IMG/VR virus record: IMGVR_UViG_3300028603_000021
Coordinates: 126,019-190,018 of that record
From: a virus
Taxonomy: Duplodnaviria; Caudoviricetes
DNA: 64,000 nucleotides
Direction: 5' to 3' (one strand)
Below are positions 28,653 to 36,895 of this stretch, piece after piece; position 1 is the stretch's first letter; every line of letters begins with the position of its first letter. Position numbers and translations under genes: made by a program. Under the pieces are notes generated by a model. The model was not told the DNA's origin, did not search any database, and saw only the letters and a program-made list of their open reading frames with translations.

Positions 28653-30878
28653 ATGGCCAGAACACCCTCTATAAAGATAACTGCTAAACCTAAGACACCT
28701 GGGGTAAGCTTAGCAGGTATAAACGCTGGAGAAAGCGCCCGTGCTAACAACGAGGGCGTTTTTATCTCCACCGAGTTCTACCGTAACGACATAGTAGGTA
28801 AGCCTTATCCTGGGTTCATAAACTACCAAACCCAGAGATACTTAGCATACAACAGTACCGTAGTAAGGTCGATAATCAGCTTGCGTACTCAGCAAGTAGC
28901 TATGTTGCCATATAACATAGTTCCTAGCAACGACCAAGAACCCACAAGAAAAGTCAGCGTGTTCGACTACAACATGTACGAGCTTCTATACCACCCAGTG
29001 TTCGACCAGCCTGAGAAAGACTTCCTGAAGAAGATGTACCTCAGGATAGACCCAGATGCCTACAAGATAAACAAGCAGTCTCTGTACGAAGAGTCCAAAG
29101 ACCAGTTCAGTGCCGCAGAGATAGCTACTATAGATCACTTGCAAGAGAAACACGATTCTTTTTACAGAGATAGAGACGAAAGCATAGCCAAGATAAGGTC
29201 TATCCTCAACAACCCTGACCCGTGGTTCACAGGAACACAGTCGTGGAGCCAGATGATACAGGCTATCTTGTTCGACCTCATCGCCCTCGACAGGGGAGCA
29301 CTTCTCAAGCTCAGAGACGAGGAAGGTGGGATTCGAGGCCTCATGCCGATGGATGGGGCCTCGATCCGGCCACTTATCAATGAATTTGGTTTCTACGACG
29401 ACGATAAAGCTTTCGTTCAGGTCTCCGAGACAAGCGGAACGCCTAACGTCTACCTTAACCGTAGAGATGTCATCATAATGAGTATGCACCCAGTAACTGA
29501 TATGCGTTACTTCGGCTATGGCGTGTCTCCGATGGAAACCTTGTTTACAGCCGCGCTTACCGATATCTACATAGACAAAGGACAACTAGACTTCTACCGC
29601 AAAGGTGGGTCTATACCAGAGGGTGTACTTAACATCGAGCCACCGACCTCGCGTGACGGTATGGTGTCTCACATGAACCAGCAAACTCTAGAGTACATGC
29701 AGCGTAGCTTGCAGGCTATGATGGCTGGTGACTACACCCAGGTTCCGATCTTTTCTGGGGGGAAAGTCAGCTTCATCGACTTCAAAGGTAAAAGAAGGGA
29801 CGGGCAGTACAAGGAGCTTGCTGAGTACGTAGCTAGGAAAACATGTGCCGTTTTACAAGTCTCCCCGCAAGACGTTGGCATAACATCTGATGTAAACAGG
29901 TCTAGTGCCACCGTGCAGCAAGACCTCACTAAGAGCAAGGGACTTCTGCCGCTGATGAACACAGTAGCAGAGTATATCACTCGTGGAGTTGTAGACGAGC
30001 TACGCCCGGAAAGAGACCTCAAGCTTGCTTTCATCGACGACGACACAGAGAAGAACAAGAACGAGTGGACGATGAGCCAACAGCAGCTCGTCAGCGGAGT
30101 CATAACCGTGAACGAGTACCGCGTAGCACACGGTAAATCCCCAGTTCCCTGGGGTAACAGCCCCTTGCAGGGCTTGAGAAACTGGCGCTCGCCGGAAGAA
30201 GAACAAGAGCAACAAGGCGGTGGCTTGGGCGGTCTTGGTGGTGCACCCGGGGGGTTGCCTCCCATGCCAGCTAGCGTAGCCAACCCTGGCGGCCCTGTGG
30301 GTGGAGCAAACCCAGCCGCAGGACGCCCACCTGCTGGGGCACTGAAATCGTCAAGGTTCTTCTCACTCAACGCGAGAAGCGAAGACGAAGCAGAAGAGTT
30401 CATGGTAAAAGGTTTCTCGGAGATGTACGACGAGAACTCTAACTTCCACGAGATAGTTTCTTTGCATGATATCCATAACTACCCAGGAGGAGAGTGGATG
30501 AGGACGCCTGTGGCATCCTACGAGCACTTCGTAGACACCCACCCGGCACTTGGGATAAAGGTGCAGATACCAGAAGATACAGATACAAGGGATGTTCTGC
30601 TCCTCTCGATGTACACCGGAGACGAAATCATCGTAGAAAACGGAAATGTACCGCTTATAAAGGCTATGGCGACGGCTGCGTACAACAACCTCAACGACTC
30701 TACCCGGAACAAGGTAGACGAGATCACCTTCAACAACGGTGAGGAAGCCTTTGAGAAGTACATCTACAACCGACTAGATGCCCCTCTGCAAGACGCTCTG
30801 TACAAAGACTACTACAGGTTTAAAAGTTTTGCCGTGAGTGACGCGCAGCTAGAGGAAGTAGAGCAATGTATAAGCTGA
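28653..30878 (+). CDS. Portal protein with C-terminal extension
   Basis: LMPMDGASIRP, YFGYGVSPME, FYRKGGSIPEGVL, CAVLQVSPQDVG, ITVNEYR; G/P-rich linker then an extra domain; AGGAGA RBS before the ATG at 28653. Confidence 0.85.
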   Translation: MARTPSIKITAKPKTPGVSLAGINAGESARANNEGVFISTEFYRNDIVGKPYPGFINYQTQRYLAYNSTVVRSIISLRTQQVAMLPYNIVPSNDQEPTRKVSVFDYNMYELLYHPVFDQPEKDFLKKMYLRIDPDAYKINKQSLYEESKDQFSAAEIATIDHLQEKHDSFYRDRDESIAKIRSILNNPDPWFTGTQSWSQMIQAILFDLIALDRGALLKLRDEEGGIRGLMPMDGASIRPLINEFGFYDDDKAFVQVSETSGTPNVYLNRRDVIIMSMHPVTDMRYFGYGVSPMETLFTAALTDIYIDKGQLDFYRKGGSIPEGVLNIEPPTSRDGMVSHMNQQTLEYMQRSLQAMMAGDYTQVPIFSGGKVSFIDFKGKRRDGQYKELAEYVARKTCAVLQVSPQDVGITSDVNRSSATVQQDLTKSKGLLPLMNTVAEYITRGVVDELRPERDLKLAFIDDDTEKNKNEWTMSQQQLVSGVITVNEYRVAHGKSPVPWGNSPLQGLRNWRSPEEEQEQQGGGLGGLGGAPGGLPPMPASVANPGGPVGGANPAAGRPPAGALKSSRFFSLNARSEDEAEEFMVKGFSEMYDENSNFHEIVSLHDIHNYPGGEWMRTPVASYEHFVDTHPALGIKVQIPEDTDTRDVLLLSMYTGDEIIVENGNVPLIKAMATAAYNNLNDSTRNKVDEITFNNGEEAFEKYIYNRLDAPLQDALYKDYYRFKSFAVSDAQLEEVEQCIS

Positions 30879-33800
30879 CAACCTACAAGAGTCTGGTTGT
30901 CCCAGAGGGCTTCACAACAGGGCAGTTAGACTTCTACAAGGCGTTCTCATACCTGACTTCTCTAGGCATGAACAACGAAGCTATGGCTATGTTGTTTGCA
31001 CTCAAGGCCGTAGTAGTCCCTGAGGGTAGTGCTGTGATCTATACACCCGAGGGTAAAAACCCCAGCAAGATACCAGCGGGGAGTGGTGTGCCTATCTACC
31101 TAGGTAGGGACAACACCACGTGGGAAGGGTTTGCTCAGTACGTAGCTGAAAACCCGGAGAACACTACCTGGCAGATTGTGAACGAAGAAGACGCAGAGGA
31201 CATAGAGTTCGACCAAGAATACTATGTAGCGCTCATGAGTCGGTTCAGAGAGTCTATGATCCAGTCGCTTGATGCCGGGGATTACTACAACACCGTTACT
31301 CTGCTAGAATACCTTAACCGGCTAGCTGCACAACCAGAAAAATATCTCGAAGAGGCAAGAAAAGAAACCATAGTACAGGCAGGAGACAGCAAAGAGACCA
31401 GGGAAAAGAAGAAAGAGATGCGTGACGCAGCAGAGGAACGCTACAACAAAACTCGTCGTGTACAGGTAAGCGCCACTAGACTTGCAGAGCAGACGCACGC
31501 GGAGCTAGTCTATAGACATGTACTACAGAGTAAAAACATAACAGAGCTAGAGCGTCAGGTAGAGGAAGCATTTACCCCTAGGATGGAATACCTGGCCGAG
31601 AGGCTTAAGGATGTTGACGGGACATGGAAGCTAGAGTACAGGCAAGCGGATACCACGTATTTCACTGCTACTAGGAACAACAACGCTATCGAAGCAAAGC
31701 GGGGGTATGTTCCAGTGTTGGTGAGGTACGAGGGAGAGCGAGACCTGTCAGACTTGATGGCTGTGTTGGCGCTGAGCAACTACAACGGGTTTACCACCGA
31801 AGAGCTTACCCCCGGCAGCGACTCGTCTTTGTTAGACAAAAACGGTGTTATGCACCTAGAAGATGTCGGTGTAGCAGCAGAAACCTTGGTAGGTAAAGCG
31901 CCCATGGAAGTGTTGGACAAAGCAGTCGGACTGACATCAAGGCTGGCTACCCTTATAACACTCAGGGAGCTAGCCGGGCTAGAAAGACGAGAAAAGATAG
32001 CCAGCAGGCACGCGCTAGATGCCTTGGTTACAGACCCACGTAACCTTGAAAACACATATGTCAAGAAAGGTGACATAGACTCTCAAGAAGCTTTCTTCAA
32101 CGCCATGGTGTTCACGGCTAGGATAGACCAGACCTTCGAGCAAGGAGTTGCTGTAAGTCAAGGCGTAAGTGCAGTAGACGAGAACTGGTCAGAACCAGTG
32201 CGAGAGGGAGCACACCTTCTGGTAGCTCGTAGCAGAGAGAAAGCATCAGAGTTCTTGTTTGGTAAAGACGGATGGGAACCTCTTGAAGACGCGCTTGGTA
32301 TCAAGCTCAACGAAACACACAGAACGGGGTTATCCTCCGCGATCGAGAACATGAGTGCTGAGGAAATCAACAAGCTTATGAGTAAGAACAACGACGCCCT
32401 AGCTAAGGAAGTTATGTCAGCTATGGGGATAACACGCGGGAGAGTTTCTTCGTCGCAGGCCGAGCAGATATCTGACTCTGTAAGGAGCCTACAGAAGAGG
32501 ATTCTAGCAAGGAAAGAGCTAGAGTATGCGTCATGGTCTGCAAGGTTAGGTGGTATGTACACTACTGACGGGCATTATTTCAGACGGGGGGTGTCTTGGG
32601 TAGTGAACCACGCACTAGCTGGGGAATCGGTTTCGTTCGATGAGTACTCTCAGTCGTTCGTTGGAGATGAAAGCGGTAGGATAGTACCACTCGCATACCT
32701 AGACCTCATCGGTGGTCAAGCGATAGGGTTTAACACCGACACGAACGACATAGAACTTTCTCCTACACAAGAAGAGTATTTCAAGAGTCGATACAACATG
32801 ACCGATATAAGCGGAGATAACCTGCTTGACCTGCTCTACGCGGCGTCTAAGGACGGAGGATACGCCCCTTCAGCAGTGTACTCGCAGAATATTATCAGCA
32901 GTAACGCAGATATAAAAAATCAGCTAGCGGAGAACAACGGCGGGAAAGAGTTCTCTCCTGATATGGTGGAGATAGATACAAAAGAAAACCCACGGCTCCA
33001 GTCTACAGTGCAAGACTTTGCAGGCCAGATCTTCGGTAGGATAGTAGATAACGACAACGACTACGACAACTCTACTGTCGAGCTAACAGATGCTCTTCTA
33101 GAGGCGGAAACACGGGCAGAGGTTGCACGTCTCATACCTCAGGTAGCAGAAAGCATAGCAAACAACGTAGTCACTACCTATAAGGAAACCTTTGGTGCTG
33201 GAGTTGACTCTCAGTGGGTTAAAGACCTTGTAACAAAAGATGTCAACGACAAGCTCACATCGTCACTGGGCAACAAAAAAGAGGTAGCAACTGGTAAAAG
33301 TATCCTATCCGGATCATACGGTGTGTACTTTGAAGGCGTTCAGTCGATAGCTGCCATGGTAGGGCTCGTTGGTAGGTCTGGGGCATCGGGTGCCACTGAG
33401 ACCAAGCTTGGCTTCGAGTGGGAAGACCCCACCGGGGTAAGACACATATACTCTCGCAACCCGAAAAGCGGGGCGATAGATGCGATCTACACAACACTAG
33501 GAAAAGACGGAACACTCACTGTGGAACCGATAGAGTTTAAGCTCTCTGACACTCACGACGCGATAGCGCACCTTGGAACCACAACTGATTTCTACGAACC
33601 TAAACTGCAAGAGCTTGTCAGAGATACACGTGCTAAAAAACTAGTAGTGAGCAGCACTAACAACTTCTCGCAGATAGTCAGCACAAGCAGAAAGGGTGAC
33701 CAGAAGAAAAAGCCAGCTGAGTTCAGAAAAAGGCTGAAGGGAATCGTAACCAGCGTCTTGTCGTTTAAGGTGCCCTTCTTCCAGTACAACAGAACAAAAC

Positions 33801-33967
33801 CAGTCATAACTAACGAAGAGAAAGACCCAACACCAATCGGCCCAGCAGATAAGTCACGCGGAGCTAGTAACGTGTTCGCTAGCAGCCCGAACCTGATGGA
33901 CACAAGCCGTGGCGGTGTTCGCAGACGCCAGGATGTACATCCGCTACCAAAGAAGAAGGGAAAATAG
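30866..33967 (+). CDS. Large putative head-cargo protein with C-terminal PD-(D/E)xK-like motif
   Basis: 1033 aa directly after the portal; GAIDAIY...IEFKL near the C-terminus. Confidence 0.5.
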   Translation: MYKLTTYKSLVVPEGFTTGQLDFYKAFSYLTSLGMNNEAMAMLFALKAVVVPEGSAVIYTPEGKNPSKIPAGSGVPIYLGRDNTTWEGFAQYVAENPENTTWQIVNEEDAEDIEFDQEYYVALMSRFRESMIQSLDAGDYYNTVTLLEYLNRLAAQPEKYLEEARKETIVQAGDSKETREKKKEMRDAAEERYNKTRRVQVSATRLAEQTHAELVYRHVLQSKNITELERQVEEAFTPRMEYLAERLKDVDGTWKLEYRQADTTYFTATRNNNAIEAKRGYVPVLVRYEGERDLSDLMAVLALSNYNGFTTEELTPGSDSSLLDKNGVMHLEDVGVAAETLVGKAPMEVLDKAVGLTSRLATLITLRELAGLERREKIASRHALDALVTDPRNLENTYVKKGDIDSQEAFFNAMVFTARIDQTFEQGVAVSQGVSAVDENWSEPVREGAHLLVARSREKASEFLFGKDGWEPLEDALGIKLNETHRTGLSSAIENMSAEEINKLMSKNNDALAKEVMSAMGITRGRVSSSQAEQISDSVRSLQKRILARKELEYASWSARLGGMYTTDGHYFRRGVSWVVNHALAGESVSFDEYSQSFVGDESGRIVPLAYLDLIGGQAIGFNTDTNDIELSPTQEEYFKSRYNMTDISGDNLLDLLYAASKDGGYAPSAVYSQNIISSNADIKNQLAENNGGKEFSPDMVEIDTKENPRLQSTVQDFAGQIFGRIVDNDNDYDNSTVELTDALLEAETRAEVARLIPQVAESIANNVVTTYKETFGAGVDSQWVKDLVTKDVNDKLTSSLGNKKEVATGKSILSGSYGVYFEGVQSIAAMVGLVGRSGASGATETKLGFEWEDPTGVRHIYSRNPKSGAIDAIYTTLGKDGTLTVEPIEFKLSDTHDAIAHLGTTTDFYEPKLQELVRDTRAKKLVVSSTNNFSQIVSTSRKGDQKKKPAEFRKRLKGIVTSVLSFKVPFFQYNRTKPVITNEEKDPTPIGPADKSRGASNVFASSPNLMDTSRGGVRRRQDVHPLPKKKGK

Positions 33968-33970
33968 ACT

Positions 33971-34492
33971 ATGCTTATAAGCTTATACCCAAGAGTACTC
34001 CTTGCGCGTCGTGTCTCAGAGTATATAGGGGTTGACCGAGATGACCTGCTGGCATTCTTCTTCGGGTACGCAGACCATGTGCTGCGTGGGTCTCTTACGA
34101 TAAACGAAGCGCTGGAGAAGATATCTCTAGTTAACTCGTCTAGGTATCGTTTCGTCGATGCTCTGAGCGACTTTGAGCTTGACTTGTACCTGAACGAGAA
34201 CGTGAAGCACCCTGACTACGCTACGATAGACGAAAAGTCCGACTTCACAGAGGAAAGCGCAGCCTCACTCAGCACGCTAGCAAAAGAAGCCTGGGAAAGG
34301 CTCCAAGACGCTGACTACATAGAGGGGTTGTTCTGCTTTACACTGCTGATATCTATTTTCCTGAGCGGCTACAAGGAGCGTGTCATAGACACAGTAGATT
34401 TCGAATCGGTGTTACCAGCGTATGGGATGCTAGCCCGTGCTATCATAGGCAGGAAACTAGGAGATGACTATGCAAGAAAAAAGAGTACTTGA
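33971..34492 (+). CDS. Hypothetical protein
   Basis: 173 aa ORF in the operon. Confidence 0.55.
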   Translation: MLISLYPRVLLARRVSEYIGVDRDDLLAFFFGYADHVLRGSLTINEALEKISLVNSSRYRFVDALSDFELDLYLNENVKHPDYATIDEKSDFTEESAASLSTLAKEAWERLQDADYIEGLFCFTLLISIFLSGYKERVIDTVDFESVLPAYGMLARAIIGRKLGDDYARKKST

Positions 34493-34631
34493 CATAAGCA
34501 AGGCGATAGACGCTGCTAGCGGGTTTGCCCAAGGGATAGAAGCACAAGACCTGGAAGGAAAAACCGCCAAGACAAACACCCTAACCGAAGAGGAGGACGA
34601 AGATGAAGATGACGATGGACAGCCTGGATGA
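34470..34631 (+). CDS. 53-aa protein homologous to the capsid protein N-terminus, with acidic tail
   Basis: MQEKRVLDISKAIDAASGFAQGIEAQDLEGKTAKTNTLTEEEDEDEDDDGQPG; AGGAGA RBS; below the ORF-track length cutoff. Confidence 0.75.
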   Translation: MQEKRVLDISKAIDAASGFAQGIEAQDLEGKTAKTNTLTEEEDEDEDDDGQPG

Positions 34632-34764
34632 TGTCATGTGGGAGCTTCGTCTTAAGATAGAAGAGATAGATGACGAAGTAGACAAACTTTCATACGAAGA
34701 GCCGAAGAAAAGACAGTCACTTCTGAACATGTACACTGGATACGACTACCCCGATAACGACTGA
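34603..34764 (+). CDS. 53-aa acidic hypothetical protein
   Basis: GAGGAGG RBS; stop overlaps the next start (TGATG). Confidence 0.55.
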   Translation: MKMTMDSLDDVMWELRLKIEEIDDEVDKLSYEEPKKRQSLLNMYTGYDYPDND

Positions 34765-36674
34765 TGAACAAGATAGCCAACTTCACTCTCAAAGGATTCA
34801 CTGTCCCGGTGGGACATCAGCTGGTGATAACTACACACAGCGGTGAAACTATAGTGAAAGAGGCTGGACAGAACTCTGGCGGGCCGTACAAGCTATCTGA
34901 TGTCATGTCCGGTAAGATAGATGGGTGGGAGCTATCCGAAGTCGGCCAACCAGGAGAAGAGCAGACCTCTATGCGGGATTTTGTAGAGGCTCTGATAACC
35001 ACCCCATCCCAAGACTTTTCTGATATATCCTTCAAAGAAATCCTGGGGCTCGACGAAGACTTGACAGATGAGCAGAAAACAGAGCTTTCTGCCGAGCTGC
35101 TAGACGTGGTTACAAAGATTGCAGAAGGTGCTGAGGAGGAAGAAGAACTAGAGCCGATAGAGATGCTGCGTAAAACAAAGTCATACTCTAAGCGTTACAC
35201 CTCACCGGGGACTCTCGTAACGCTCAGAAACATGGCAGCTATAAACTCAGAAGAAGGGCATGCACTTCCAGGGAAAGAGTGGAAAAAGAAACTCCCTACA
35301 GTCACAGAAGTAGCATCTTTCTTCGAGCTTGCAGAGAGAACCCTCACCCACCTCCCCGATGCTAAATCCCCAAGCGAAGTGATAGGCCACACCAGCGTAT
35401 CAAAAGAGGCACTAGAGAGATACGGAATCACAGACGTTGACTCCCTTATCGACTTTTGCTTTAACAAACCTCTAGAGGGCAGAGTTATAAAGCTCACTCC
35501 TGACTCAGCAGAAGACCCTATCACAGATGAAGAAGCCGCTAGCTACTACGAAGCTATACAGAGCAAGGTGTGGTCTCCGCAGAGCGTGATGGAGGAGATG
35601 CTTGACAGAGCTAGGTCTCCGGAGAACATACAAAAGGTCAGCAGCATAGTAGGCAAAGCTATGATAGATTTTGCTAACAGCAGCGATCTAGAAGAAGCCG
35701 ATCCACCAGAGAAAGTCGTAGACGATCTGTACAGGATTGTTACTAGGATGCTGCCAGCCAAAGAACGCCGTGAGAGCCTAGAAGCGTTCAACGCATTCAT
35801 CAAAGACTCCTTCGGTGTAGAGGGTGATACCAGAACACTTCTGCAAACCATGAAAGACCCTTCACGCGGAAAGCTGTTCTTCTCGATGGTACTAAAAGGC
35901 ATAAACACAGACCCTAAATCTGCAAAACTTCTAGCTAACAAGCTGAACGAAGTAGCTCCGAGCTTGAACATCGGTAAAAGCCTTGACAAACGCGCAGAGA
36001 CATACAAGCGCTCGCTTGCATCTAGTAACCTACAGAAGTTTAAAGAAATGATGACCAAAAAAGTTCTGAGGTACACAAACAAAGATCTCATGAACCAGCT
36101 AGACGAGAACAACCCCGACATCGGGCTAACACTCAGCGAAGAACAGCAGACAGCGATAAACTTCGCACTCTCTCTGGCACATCCCAAGGTGGCTAGCCAT
36201 ATCATGAAAAAGCTTGACATACAGTTCACCCAGAGACCTAGGGCAAACTTCAGGCCGTTCGCAGATGTAGAGTCTATGGCCATAAGCGTAGCAAGCAACA
36301 CACTGCCGCGGGTATTTGCACACGAGGTAGGACATCTGGTAGAATACCATTCGTGGGAAGCCCTGAGAGCATCAGTTCTCCCCTTCCTGTATAAAAGAAC
36401 CTTTGGTGGTGGAGAACAGGTGTTTGAAGACGACGATGACGATGAACCAGAATACTACAGGGATGGTGGGGGATTTATAGACAGCTACTCAGCTAAGACA
36501 TACCCAGGAAGGAACGCAACAGAAGTGATAAGCATGGGCATGGAGATGTTATACAAGAACCCAGCGGTTTTTGCTTACCTAGACCCAGAACACTTCATCA
36601 CAACACTAGACATAAGCCAACCAGTAGCACTAAGGAAAGGAGCAAGGTATGAAGTACCAGATAAAGCTAGCTGA
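34764..36674 (+). CDS. Putative head-cargo protein with C-terminal zincin metallopeptidase domain
   Basis: FAHEVGHLVE...YSAKTY...TEVISMGME...DPEH. Confidence 0.65.
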   Translation: MNKIANFTLKGFTVPVGHQLVITTHSGETIVKEAGQNSGGPYKLSDVMSGKIDGWELSEVGQPGEEQTSMRDFVEALITTPSQDFSDISFKEILGLDEDLTDEQKTELSAELLDVVTKIAEGAEEEEELEPIEMLRKTKSYSKRYTSPGTLVTLRNMAAINSEEGHALPGKEWKKKLPTVTEVASFFELAERTLTHLPDAKSPSEVIGHTSVSKEALERYGITDVDSLIDFCFNKPLEGRVIKLTPDSAEDPITDEEAASYYEAIQSKVWSPQSVMEEMLDRARSPENIQKVSSIVGKAMIDFANSSDLEEADPPEKVVDDLYRIVTRMLPAKERRESLEAFNAFIKDSFGVEGDTRTLLQTMKDPSRGKLFFSMVLKGINTDPKSAKLLANKLNEVAPSLNIGKSLDKRAETYKRSLASSNLQKFKEMMTKKVLRYTNKDLMNQLDENNPDIGLTLSEEQQTAINFALSLAHPKVASHIMKKLDIQFTQRPRANFRPFADVESMAISVASNTLPRVFAHEVGHLVEYHSWEALRASVLPFLYKRTFGGGEQVFEDDDDDEPEYYRDGGGFIDSYSAKTYPGRNATEVISMGMEMLYKNPAVFAYLDPEHFITTLDISQPVALRKGARYEVPDKAS

Positions 36675-36894
36675 CGGCACTGTACTTTCGTACGACGGAG
36701 CTACATGGGTTACTCCGTCGTCTAAGCTCACAACTTTTCTCAATAACTACATGAAAGATGATATAATGGATCTTTCGTACCAACCTCACCCAGACTACGA
36801 CAAGGTTAAAAACGTTGCGTCTGTGCTTGGAGGGGAGCTTATCTTCCCGGAGGGTGGGGCACCAGAAAAAAGTGTAACGGGGAGAATCTACTGA
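36649..36894 (+). CDS. Small protein following the peptidase (immunity/partner-like)
   Basis: YQPHPDY...LGGELI...GRIY; coupled to the upstream gene. Confidence 0.45.
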   Translation: MKYQIKLADGTVLSYDGATWVTPSSKLTTFLNNYMKDDIMDLSYQPHPDYDKVKNVASVLGGELIFPEGGAPEKSVTGRIY

Positions 36895-36895
36895 T

